From positions 1-53,936 of the IMG/VR virus record IMGVR_UViG_3300049782_000046: DNA of 53,936 nt; one strand, 5' to 3'. Origin of the DNA: a virus. Lineage: Duplodnaviria > Caudoviricetes. Shown in pieces: positions 18,092 through 26,403 of this stretch. The notes below the pieces were generated by a model. It saw only the letters and a list, made by a program, of their open reading frames with translations. It was not told the origin of the DNA and made no database searches. Positions within the stretch are counted from its first letter, which is position 1. Each line of letters begins with the position of its first letter. Both the position numbers and the translations under genes were made by a program.

Positions 18092-19488
18092 CCCCCACAC
18101 CGACCTACAACGTGAACGGACCCGACATGGACGTGACCCAGTACCTGCCGCCCGCCTGGGTGGCGTGGATCGCAGGCGGCGTGCTCAGCCTCGCCGTTGT
18201 CAGCGTGCCGCTGGCGATCGTCTACGGCACGTGGAAGAGCCGCGACAAGACAGCCAAACGGGCCCCGATAGAGGACAAGCTGACGTGGTTTGTAGCCGCG
18301 ATAGCGACCAGCGTGTCCGCGTCCGGCATGTGGAAGTTCGCCGGCGACGTCCTCGATTTGGAGGGCTTCTGGCGGGTCGTGTTCTTCGCCTTCATCGAAG
18401 GCGCCATCGTCATCGAGGCGCTCCGGGCACGCCGCAGCATGAGGGAGAACTACTCCGCCGGCCTTGACGGGATCGCGGTGTGGGCGCTGGCTGCCTTGAC
18501 CGCAGTCCTGGCCAGTCTCGACGCAAAAAGCTTGGGCGAGGCCGTGTTCCGGCTTGCCGCCCCCATGGTCGCCGCCTGGCTGTGGGAGCGAGGCATGCGC
18601 CTGGAGCGGCGCAAGCTGCGCGGCCTGTCCGGCATCCACTGGCGGATCACACCCGAACGACTGCTGGTCCGGATCGGCTTGGCAGAGGCGCGCGACCGCT
18701 CGGCGTCCGAGGTAGACGCGCACCGGCGCATCACGCGCGTCGCCTTGGCCGCCAAACGCGTCCATCAGCTCCGCAAAGCGAACGCCTCCGACCGGAAGAT
18801 CCGCTCCGCCGTCGCCAGGCGCGACCGCCAACTAGACCAGGCCGTCGAGCACACCGGCCTCGCCCGCGACAAGCAGATGCAGTGGGCGCTGCTGGACCTG
18901 GTAACCACACTTGGCGGAGCAGAAACCCTCTCAGACCTGCTCGACACCGCCTCAGGCCCATGGTCGACGCTCGACCACCCCGCCATCACCGGCGCCGCCC
19001 AACACCACGAAGCCCGCCAACTCGCCGACGCGATGCGCGAATGGACCGACGCCCTCAACCGGCAGCGCGACCCCGAAACCTCCTCGGCGATCAAGTCGAT
19101 GGCCGCCTACATCGCCCACCTCGAAGGCCGGCCCGCCCCCCATTTTGAAACCACGGATGAAACCCGCGGCCAGGTTGACGACCAGGTTGATGTCGAGGTT
19201 TCACAGGCTGACATCGACGAGCTGATCAACAGCTACCGACAGACCCCCGATCCCGGCGCCGATGAAACCCGGAATGAAACCCCGGATGAAACCCGCGCCA
19301 CTGACGCCATGCGCGCCTACTGGCAGAAGGTCGTCGAGGAAGAACGGCGTCTCCCCACCGGAGCCGAGCTCGCCAATGTCGGCAAGTGCACGCCCCAGTA
19401 CGGCGCCAGAAAGGCCCGCGAGTGGGAGGCCGCCATGGACGGCCGCATCCGCCGCGCGCTGAAGCCCGGAAAGAAGACCAGCACCTGA
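18088..19488 (+). CDS. Spd-like multi-TM protein with C-terminal HTH
   Basis: 4-5 TM helices, helical middle region, acidic repeat linker, PTGAELANVGKCTPQYGARKAR HTH-like end; upstream of traB. Confidence 0.65.
   Translation: MTPTPTYNVNGPDMDVTQYLPPAWVAWIAGGVLSLAVVSVPLAIVYGTWKSRDKTAKRAPIEDKLTWFVAAIATSVSASGMWKFAGDVLDLEGFWRVVFFAFIEGAIVIEALRARRSMRENYSAGLDGIAVWALAALTAVLASLDAKSLGEAVFRLAAPMVAAWLWERGMRLERRKLRGLSGIHWRITPERLLVRIGLAEARDRSASEVDAHRRITRVALAAKRVHQLRKANASDRKIRSAVARRDRQLDQAVEHTGLARDKQMQWALLDLVTTLGGAETLSDLLDTASGPWSTLDHPAITGAAQHHEARQLADAMREWTDALNRQRDPETSSAIKSMAAYIAHLEGRPAPHFETTDETRGQVDDQVDVEVSQADIDELINSYRQTPDPGADETRNETPDETRATDAMRAYWQKVVEEERRLPTGAELANVGKCTPQYGARKAREWEAAMDGRIRRALKPGKKTST
19146..19293 (+). 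repeat. 12-bp-periodic TGAAACC and CAGGTTGA repeats inside the CDS
   Basis: TGAAACC at 19146, 19158, 19263, 19275, 19287; inverted copy at 19197; CAGGTTGA at 19171, 19183. Confidence 0.8.
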
Positions 19489-19527
19489 CCCGCTACCCGC
19501 CCGAACTGACCCGAGAAAGGAATGCTC

Positions 19528-19692
19528 ATGCACCGCTGGAAGAAGGTCATCACGTACGTCGCCGTTGGCTTCGTCGTGTTCTACCTGTTCACCCGTCCCG
19601 CCCAGGCCGCCGGCGCCGTCAACGGCGTGTTCGACGGCATCGTGCAGGGCGCCAACCAGCTGGCCGTGTTCGTCTCCAGCATCCAAACCTAG
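19528..19692 (+). CDS. Small membrane protein (54 aa)
   Basis: MHRWKKVITYVAVGFVVFYLFTRPAQAAGAV...; RBS GAAAGGA. Confidence 0.75.
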   Translation: MHRWKKVITYVAVGFVVFYLFTRPAQAAGAVNGVFDGIVQGANQLAVFVSSIQT

Positions 19693-19703
19693 GAGGGACC
19701 GTC

Positions 19704-20009
19704 GTGAACACCGTCATCCTGGCCGCCCTGGCGATGCTGGCGCTCCCCGCCTGCACAATCCGCGAGCCCACCAAGCACGCCAAGACGTTCGCCCAACTCG
19801 CCGCGAGAGTCCGCGTGGCCCGATGGTGGGAGCTCCTGCTGTGGCCGCTCTGTGTGGGACTGGTCCCGTTCGCGCTGGCCATCTGGTGGGCCACCCGGTC
19901 GACGGTGTTCAACACCTCCGCCGTCGCCGCCTGGCTGCTGGCCAAGGTCGCCACCTGGACTTCCGCTGATGGCCGCCGCTACCGCCTGACCCGCACCGAA
20001 GGAATGCGA
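19704..20009 (+). CDS. Small membrane protein; expected stop appears as CGA, so the frame reads through to 20438
   Basis: RBS AGGAGG, hydrophobic segments; see finding at 20004-20009. Confidence 0.5.
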
Positions 20010-20128
20010 GCACTGCTGGCAAGCGCCCCGATCTGCGTCTGGTCCACCGCGACGCCCCCGACCTACCCCTGCCTGACGAGCAGCGCCACGACGAGCTGGA
20101 GCCGCGCCCAGAGCAGGACCTGGACTCG

Positions 20129-22180
20129 GTGGTGTACGAGGGCGAAGTCATCTCCGACCGGGCCGAACGCTCCAGCAGGCTGCCGTCCGTGGTGGTCGAC
20201 ACGGTCACCGTGCTCAGACCCTCCCCGGCAACGAAGAGGCGGGCTCGCACCCTCAAAGGGCATAGCGTCTTGGTCTTGGCAGGGTGGCACTCGTGGATCG
20301 TCCGCGCAAAGGATGGGCTCACCAGCGGAGACATCCGCGAACAGATCCGCATCGCGAGGGCTACAGGCGACCATGAGGCGCTGGAGCGATGGATTGACAA
20401 GCGCAGAGAGGCCAAGAACGACCGCTTCGACCGGCTGATGAAGCTGCCGCTGCTGGTGCTCAAGATGGCCATCCTGACTGTCTGCTGCCTGCTTGCGGTG
20501 CCGGTGCTGCTGGTTGTGGCGTCCACGGTGGTGTGGGCGACCGGCGCTGGCGGTTGGACGGATCTGTGGGTGTGGTTCGGCGGTGTGCTCCGGTGGCTGA
20601 TCGGAGCGGCGAAAATCGCGTGGTTGGCGTTCGTGCTCTCGTCGCCGCTGCTGCTCGTGTGGGCAGGCCATCGGGAGGGGCGCCGGTCGACCCAGACGAC
20701 GCCGGCCTGGCTCGCCGACGACAAGACCGGCGAGAGTGACAGCGGGCGGGACGTCATCCCTGACGAGGGCGCGATCCTCAACGCGCTGCGCCACCTAGAG
20801 ATAGCTGCCCTGAACAAGGCGTTCAAGGCCGGGTGGCGGCCCCGCTTCGTGCTCCCGACCGAGCGGGACGGTAATGGCTACCACACGCAGCTTGAACTGC
20901 CGCCGGCCGTCCCCGTCGAAAAGATCGTCGACAAGAAGAGGACGCTGGCCCACAACCTGGTGCGCTTCCCCATCGAGGTGTGGCCCACAGAGCCGCGCGG
21001 GATGCCGGGCGTGCTGGACCTGTGGGTGGCCGACCAGGGAGCCCTGTCTGGCCCCGTTCCTGACTGGCCGCTCCTGCACGAGGGAACCACCGACTACTTC
21101 AAGAGCGTGCCGTGTGCTGTCGACATCCGCCGCCGCAACATCAACGGCAGGCTGTTCGAGGCCAACTACGCCATCGCCGGGATGATGGGGTCCGGCAAGA
21201 GCAGCCTCATCATCACGCTGCTGCTCGGCGCCCTCCTGGACCCGCTGGTCGACGCCGACGTGTTCTGCATGGCCGACAACGCCGACTACGACCCGATGGA
21301 ACCGCGCCTACGGACGTTGATGACCGGCACCGGAGAGGATGTGGCTGAGGCGTGCCTGGCCACAATGAGCGAGATCTACAACGAGCTGAGCGTCCGCGGC
21401 AAGGCGCTGAAGGAGCACGGGGTGCGGGCCGCCAGCCGGGCTCTGGCCGAGAAGGACGAGCGGCTGCGCCCCCGCGTCATCGTGATCGACGAATGCCAAG
21501 CATTGTTCCTGCATGAGAAATACGGTGCGAAGGCGCTGGAGACCGCGGTGAAGACCGAGAACGCCGCGCGCAAGTACGCGGTGACCATCATCTACGCGAC
21601 GCCTGAAGCGTCCAGCGATTCGCTGCCGCGCCGACTGGTCGCCATCACTTCGAACAAGGCGTGCTTCGCTATCGGCGACCAGACCAGCAACGACGCTATC
21701 CTCGGCACTGGCTCCTACAGGGAGGGCATCTCAGCGGTCGGCCTGGAGCCGAAGACCGACGAGAGCCTCGGAGACGTCGGCACGTTCATGGGCCGCGGTT
21801 TCACGCCCAAGCCGAGCCTGCTGCGCTCCTACTTCGTGTCGCAGAGCCAGGCCGTCCCCGTGGTACAGCGATCCCTGCAGATCCGCGAGAAGGCCGGTTA
21901 CGGCTCCGCCGGGTCCGCGGCGGCGCTGCAGCAGCGAGACCTGTTGGAAGACCTCGCGTCGGTGGCCGGCGGTCAACGGGCAAGGCTGGCCGATGCCGCC
22001 AGCTTGCTGCGTGACCTGGCGCCGAACTGGATCCCCTACCGGGACCTCACGGGCACCAGACTGCGGGACATCTTGGTGAACAAGCACGGGGTTCGGGTGA
22101 CGAACTCCGGCAACGTGCTACGGCTCGATGTCGACAGCCTCCGGGACGCTCTCGCCGCCCGCAAGGTGGGTGGTGAGTGA
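20129..22180 (+). CDS. traB: TraB-like FtsK/SpoIIIE DNA translocase (true start possibly 20006)
   Basis: N-terminal TMs, Walker A GMMGSGKS, Walker B VIVIDE, C-terminal wHTH-like region; kor/spd context. Confidence 0.8.
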   Translation: MVYEGEVISDRAERSSRLPSVVVDTVTVLRPSPATKRRARTLKGHSVLVLAGWHSWIVRAKDGLTSGDIREQIRIARATGDHEALERWIDKRREAKNDRFDRLMKLPLLVLKMAILTVCCLLAVPVLLVVASTVVWATGAGGWTDLWVWFGGVLRWLIGAAKIAWLAFVLSSPLLLVWAGHREGRRSTQTTPAWLADDKTGESDSGRDVIPDEGAILNALRHLEIAALNKAFKAGWRPRFVLPTERDGNGYHTQLELPPAVPVEKIVDKKRTLAHNLVRFPIEVWPTEPRGMPGVLDLWVADQGALSGPVPDWPLLHEGTTDYFKSVPCAVDIRRRNINGRLFEANYAIAGMMGSGKSSLIITLLLGALLDPLVDADVFCMADNADYDPMEPRLRTLMTGTGEDVAEACLATMSEIYNELSVRGKALKEHGVRAASRALAEKDERLRPRVIVIDECQALFLHEKYGAKALETAVKTENAARKYAVTIIYATPEASSDSLPRRLVAITSNKACFAIGDQTSNDAILGTGSYREGISAVGLEPKTDESLGDVGTFMGRGFTPKPSLLRSYFVSQSQAVPVVQRSLQIREKAGYGSAGSAAALQQRDLLEDLASVAGGQRARLADAASLLRDLAPNWIPYRDLTGTRLRDILVNKHGVRVTNSGNVLRLDVDSLRDALAARKVGGE

Positions 22181-22230
22181 GGTGGTGCACCTCTACGGAA
22201 ACGGGGTTTCAGGGCCGCTTCTGGCGCCTG

Positions 22231-22334
22231 GACCTAACCCTGGCCGATGACCTAATACGCCTAACTTTTCGCAGGTAGTGGCGGTGTCCGGCACCAAGTT
22301 ATCTAGATCATCGATCACTAACCCAAGTTAGGTC
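22231..22334. repeat. GACCTAAC-like 8-mer cluster (candidate clt/TRS or operator)
   Basis: gacctaac 22231, gacctaat 22249, cgcctaac 22258, inverted gttaggtc 22327; ccaagtta twice. Confidence 0.6.
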
Positions 22335-22449
22335 TCTCGGCTCCACTTTCGCGGTGGTTGCGGTGGCTCTCCCAGACCTTCGGGAGGGCGTCCGGAGCAC
22401 CCGCTCCCAAGAATCCCTGTACTACCGATCATTAAAGAGAGGAATCGAG

Positions 22450-22719
22450 ATGGGTGTACTCAAGGCCCTCGACAAGCTCGCGAACGCAGGCGCCCGCAGC
22501 CGGATGCCTGAAGCGATGCACACCTACGCCAAGGCCCAAAGCGGGACGACGAACCATCGCAACCAGCTCGCGATCGTGGCCAACGGCTTCGGTGTGGGCA
22601 AGCCGGCACAGCGAGCCGCCAAGGAGCAGCTCATCGAGGAGGTGGGCCCCGCCGAGGCCGAGAGGTTAATGAAGCAGGCCGTCCACAAGGTGCGCAAGTC
22701 GTTCACGCCGGGACGCTGA
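22450..22719 (+). CDS. Hypothetical protein
   Basis: RBS GAGAGGA before ATG (MGVLKALDK). Confidence 0.65.
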   Translation: MGVLKALDKLANAGARSRMPEAMHTYAKAQSGTTNHRNQLAIVANGFGVGKPAQRAAKEQLIEEVGPAEAERLMKQAVHKVRKSFTPGR

Positions 22720-22721
22720 CC

Positions 22722-22991
22722 ATGAAGGGCCAAGGCAAGAACGCGTTGGGGATGCTCGGCTGGGCCGCGGTGGCGCTCGCCTGCATGGCCGGCCTCGCCA
22801 TGGGCGGCGACGGTAAGTCGCCGCCCCCTGATTTCAGCAGGCTCGGCAGTGTCTTCGACGTCAAGCCCGCAGACGAGCCGAAGCGCACCAGCAAGAAGCC
22901 AGCAGCGAAGCGCCCCGCCAACGAACCTCCGCCCATGACCTGTGACGGCGACCAGTGCTGGTGGACCGACCTCGGCAAACCAAACCAGTGA
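22722..22991 (+). CDS. Small membrane-anchored or secreted protein
   Basis: N-terminal hydrophobic helix; C-terminal CDGDQCWW. Confidence 0.55.
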   Translation: MKGQGKNALGMLGWAAVALACMAGLAMGGDGKSPPPDFSRLGSVFDVKPADEPKRTSKKPAAKRPANEPPPMTCDGDQCWWTDLGKPNQ

Positions 22992-23076
22992 CCTGGCTGT
23001 TGGGGGTGCTCGCCACGACCGGGGGGCGTGGCGGGTGCCCGGAGCAGTCAGCTCCCACGACGAGAGGAGACCCACG

Positions 23077-23246
23077 TGAGCAAGGACCGTGTGAAGTACA
23101 GAGACGCCGAGACGGGTCGCGTCAAGACGGGCCGGATCGTCGTCAAGCCCGGCAGAGAAGCCGACGCCCGGGACCTGCGCGGCATGGCGAAGGCGGGAGC
23201 GCAGGCCGGCTACGAGCTGCACCGCGACACGATGAAGAGTGACTGA
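23077..23246 (+). CDS. Small hypothetical protein
   Basis: RBS GAGGAG before GTG (SKDRVKYRDAETG). Confidence 0.6.
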
Positions 23247-23419
23247 TGGCACGTAGAGACATCGAACGCTCGAACCTCCACCTCGACGACGAGGCGATGG
23301 ACGACCTTCGCCGTAGAGCGGCCAAGGCCGACAAGCGCAGCATGTTCGACCCCGCGGAGACGTATATGGATGTGGCGCGGGCCGCCGAGAAGCTGGGCTG
23401 GCCGAAGTACAAGCCCTAG
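23246..23419 (+). CDS. Small hypothetical protein (57 aa, MARRDIERSNLHL...)
   Basis: TGATG overlap. Confidence 0.55.
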   Translation: MARRDIERSNLHLDDEAMDDLRRRAAKADKRSMFDPAETYMDVARAAEKLGWPKYKP

Positions 23420-23467
23420 GTAGACGCGCTCTCTGACCCCCGCACCCGTACGGGTGTCCACATATAC

Positions 23468-23551
23468 CGCCCCGGCCGCCCCGAACCTCGCGGCCGGGGC
23501 CTTCTTCAGCACGGCGAACGCCCCGGCTGCTTCCTCGCAGCCGGGGCGTTC
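23468..23551 (+). terminator. Tandem hairpins ending the transfer operon
   Basis: gccccggccgc/gcggccggggc and gaacgccccggctgc/gcagccggggcgttc. Confidence 0.65.
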
Positions 23552-23646
23552 TTGTGGGGTACGGGGCAACCGATCCCTCGACATCTACACCCCTACCCAA
23601 TAGTCACAGCTTGTATGCATTTGTCCGTTTTGCGTAGTGTGGTGGC

Positions 23647-23841
23647 GTGGCACGCTGGCACGGACCCCGAGGCATCGAAATCGAGATCATCCTCCTCGAC
23701 TCCGGCCCCCTCATGAAGGTCACCCAGCAGGTAAACGGCCGCCGCTACCTGCTCGGCTACTGCGCCACCATCGCCGACGTCACCAAGCACGTCGATTTGG
23801 CCGACCTCGTCGAAGTCATCCCGTTCCCAGCGGCCAACTAG
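23647..23841 (+). CDS. Small hypothetical protein, probably leaderless
   Basis: TAGTGT-N6-GTG; beta-rich 64 aa. Confidence 0.65.
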   Translation: MARWHGPRGIEIEIILLDSGPLMKVTQQVNGRRYLLGYCATIADVTKHVDLADLVEVIPFPAAN

Positions 23842-24104
23842 GCCGCGTCCGGTGGCCCGTCACCGCCCCTGGCCGCCTTCCTCAACGCCGCCTCCGCCTT
23901 GATCGGGTCCACTCCTTCGCCCCAGCTCTGCTTCAGGCGCCAGAGCTCAAGCACAGCCTCCAACCGCTTCCCTCGCGCTTCGGAGAGCCTGCCGGCCAAC
24001 TCGTCGGAGATGACCGCTTTCCCTTCGGCGACGTCCACCCCGGACGGCATCTCTGCGATGATGCGCTTCACTTCAGCGTCAGCCTCGTCGTAGGCGCGTT
24101 GCAC
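23838..24104 (-). CDS. Hypothetical helical protein
   Basis: Protein-like composition; start uncertain. Confidence 0.4.
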   Translation of the reverse strand: MQRAYDEADAEVKRIIAEMPSGVDVAEGKAVISDELAGRLSEARGKRLEAVLELWRLKQSWGEGVDPIKAEAALRKAARGGDGPPDAA

Positions 24105-24222
24105 GGCGATCGCTTCGTCTGAGATCTCGATGTCGGCCCTGGTGCGTCTCCCCGGGGTGGTGCGTGGTGGTTCGAGGGGATCCTAAGGCCGAACGAGTGT
24201 GCGACACGAAGAAGAGTCCTGA

Positions 24223-24258
24223 TACAGCTTGACGCTGTACAGCGTGGGGCTGTAGATT
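24223..24258 (+). promoter_or_regulatory. Housekeeping-type promoter with palindromic operator
   Basis: TTGACG(24229)-18-TAGATT(24253); acgctgtacagcgt palindrome at 24232-24245. Confidence 0.7.
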
Positions 24259-24265
24259 CATGGGC

Positions 24266-24679
24266 ATGAGCAACCCCCCGATCACCCTCACCGCCAAGGT
24301 CGCCACCCCCGGCGCGAGCATCGCCGTCCTCGGCGACGCCGACCAGCTCAAGACCGCCTTCGACAACGGCAGCCCCGTCACCCTGGACGGCAAGCACGCA
24401 GGCGAAATCGTCTACCTCGGCCACACCCGCCAGACCTACGACGACGGCATCACCATCGAGCGGATCGGCCTCGACCGGGTCCTCGGCGAGTCGCCCAAGT
24501 TCCCCGGCCACACCATCGCCGCCTACCTCGTGGACATGACCCGCCTCGACGGCGCCCCCAAGCTGGCCGAACTCCACCGCAAGGCACAGGCCGCCGCCAC
24601 CGCCCGCGCAATCCGCACCTCGCAGCGACTCGAGCGCGACGACAACCGCTTGGACAACCTGGCCGAGGACGGCGCCTGA
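24266..24679 (+). CDS. Hypothetical protein
   Basis: High GC3; likely leaderless ATG. Confidence 0.7.
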   Translation: MSNPPITLTAKVATPGASIAVLGDADQLKTAFDNGSPVTLDGKHAGEIVYLGHTRQTYDDGITIERIGLDRVLGESPKFPGHTIAAYLVDMTRLDGAPKLAELHRKAQAAATARAIRTSQRLERDDNRLDNLAEDGA

Positions 24680-25227
24680 TGTCCACCGTGAACCTGTGCC
24701 TGCGCGACGACAGCGACCCCGAGCCGGTCGACCTGGACAAGCTCACCCCGCGCGCCCGCGCCCTGGCCGAAGCGGTCGCGCAGCGTCTCGGCGGCCGGTG
24801 CGTGATCTGGCTCCAGTCGAACAGGACCGTCCGCGAGGCCATCCCTGACGCCGAGCGCTGGTACTCCGCCGACGAACTGGACAAGCCGTACAGGATGGGC
24901 TGGTCCGGCTGGTCGCACTACCCTGCCGACTCGCAGATGAGTCAGCACGACTACCTGGAGCAGCAGGCCCGCCGTATCCCGCCGCAGTACTCCATCGTCG
25001 GGGCGTTCACCGAACAGCCGGTGCCATCGTTCACCGAAGCAGCCGCCGACAAGGGGATGACCCGCGACCAGGTGCTCAACTACATCGCCGCCAAGACCGG
25101 CCGGAGGATCGCACCAAGCACGTGGAGCTCGTACACCGCCCGCAAGCAAGCGCCCGCCCCCTCGCGGTACGTCGGCCGGACCCCGCTGTGGGATCCGGAG
25201 ACCATCGACGAGTGGCTGGCCAAGTAG
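24679..25227 (+). CDS. Protein with C-terminal AlpA-like HTH
   Basis: MTRDQVLNYI...IAPSTWSSY..RKQAPAP..VGRTPLWDPETIDEW. Confidence 0.75.
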   Translation: MSTVNLCLRDDSDPEPVDLDKLTPRARALAEAVAQRLGGRCVIWLQSNRTVREAIPDAERWYSADELDKPYRMGWSGWSHYPADSQMSQHDYLEQQARRIPPQYSIVGAFTEQPVPSFTEAAADKGMTRDQVLNYIAAKTGRRIAPSTWSSYTARKQAPAPSRYVGRTPLWDPETIDEWLAK

Positions 25228-25397
25228 ACGCGCACAGCAGAACGGCCCACACGAGGTGGGCCGCTGCATTCCCGCCGAGGCGGGACCGAATGGCGATCCA
25301 AACAGGACTCTGGATCATCCCCGCCGTAGCGGGGCCAAGCCCGGATAGCGTAACCCTGCGAGAGCCCCAGCGTCCACGGGTCGCCGCACAACGCCAA

Positions 25398-25429
25398 GAA
25401 GCCTCGTCCTCCGCAGAGGACGAGGCTTC
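25398..25429. terminator. Perfect 14-bp hairpin
   Basis: gaagcctcgtcctc-cgca-gaggacgaggcttc. Confidence 0.7.
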
Positions 25430-25442
25430 GCTACGGGGCTTA

Positions 25443-26321
25443 TCAGTCGATGATGCCGTGGTTCCGCAGCTCCTCCACGATCGCGATCTGCTGGAGCCTG
25501 TCGCCTGGCGTCTCGAGGATTTCCATATGCCCGGTCTCCAGCGCGTACCGCTGGAGTTTGAGGGCCTCCATGCGGACGATCTCGTGTAGATGATCCTCGA
25601 ACATCTTTAGCCAAGTGGCGTTCAAGATGTCCTCGATCGGCACATCCTTCGCCCGAGCAACGCTCTCGAGAACAGCCCGAAGGTCAGACGATGACTCAGA
25701 GGCGAAGGTGAGCGGCATGTCGTATGCGCCGTCCTCGCGGCGGCCGAAGAGTGCACCAACAGCCGCCAAGGCGATCTCATCAAAGTCCTTGGTGTTATCT
25801 GGCGGGAGAAGATGTGCTGCGCAACCTGCCCGACCGCACGGGGATATGCCCATTCCCCACACGTGCGAGTCCTTGTTCTCTGTACGGGCTCGATCGATCT
25901 TCGCCTCATCCGGCGGGCTGAAGTCCAACGTCCTCGCATAGGCGACGATCTGGGCCATCGTCAGCCCCTCGAAGTACTCGTTCCGTCGAGTGGCTGTTCC
26001 TTCGCGCTGACCGAACTCAATCATCAAAGCTTCGTTCTTGGCGAAGCCTTCGTGAGCGGGCGACAGCCAGACGGCGGTGACTCTGTTGCCGTGCAGGGTC
26101 GCGTTCCCCAGGTGGTTGCGGATCCTCTGCCTCGGATGGTCGGTCCGCCCGACCTTGATCAGGCCACTGTCGAACTCCACCACATAAACGTAGCCCGCGC
26201 GACAGCGGTAGCGAAGGCTCACCCGCGGTGGCAGTGGCAGCGGAGCGGCAGCCGCTAGTTCGCCAAGGACGATCTCTCTGGTTGATAACCCTGGCCGGTG
26301 ACGGGAGCTAGATTTGGTCAT
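25443..26321 (-). CDS. GIY-YIG / T5orf172-like domain protein
   Basis: GYVYVV...IKVGRT..PRQRI...E...NEYF. Confidence 0.7.
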   Translation of the reverse strand: MTKSSSRHRPGLSTREIVLGELAAAAPLPLPPRVSLRYRCRAGYVYVVEFDSGLIKVGRTDHPRQRIRNHLGNATLHGNRVTAVWLSPAHEGFAKNEALMIEFGQREGTATRRNEYFEGLTMAQIVAYARTLDFSPPDEAKIDRARTENKDSHVWGMGISPCGRAGCAAHLLPPDNTKDFDEIALAAVGALFGRREDGAYDMPLTFASESSSDLRAVLESVARAKDVPIEDILNATWLKMFEDHLHEIVRMEALKLQRYALETGHMEILETPGDRLQQIAIVEELRNHGIID

Positions 26322-26403
26322 CGTCAGCCTGCTCCTAACAGGTTGGCTTGGACCTCGGCGGGTGGACCACCACGAACACCTGTCGAGGTCTCTTTAATTT
26401 CTA

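Noticed and set aside
19386-20438. 350-aa ORF from the track as a real protein
   Set aside because: It overlaps three better-supported genes; only 19704-20009 looks coding
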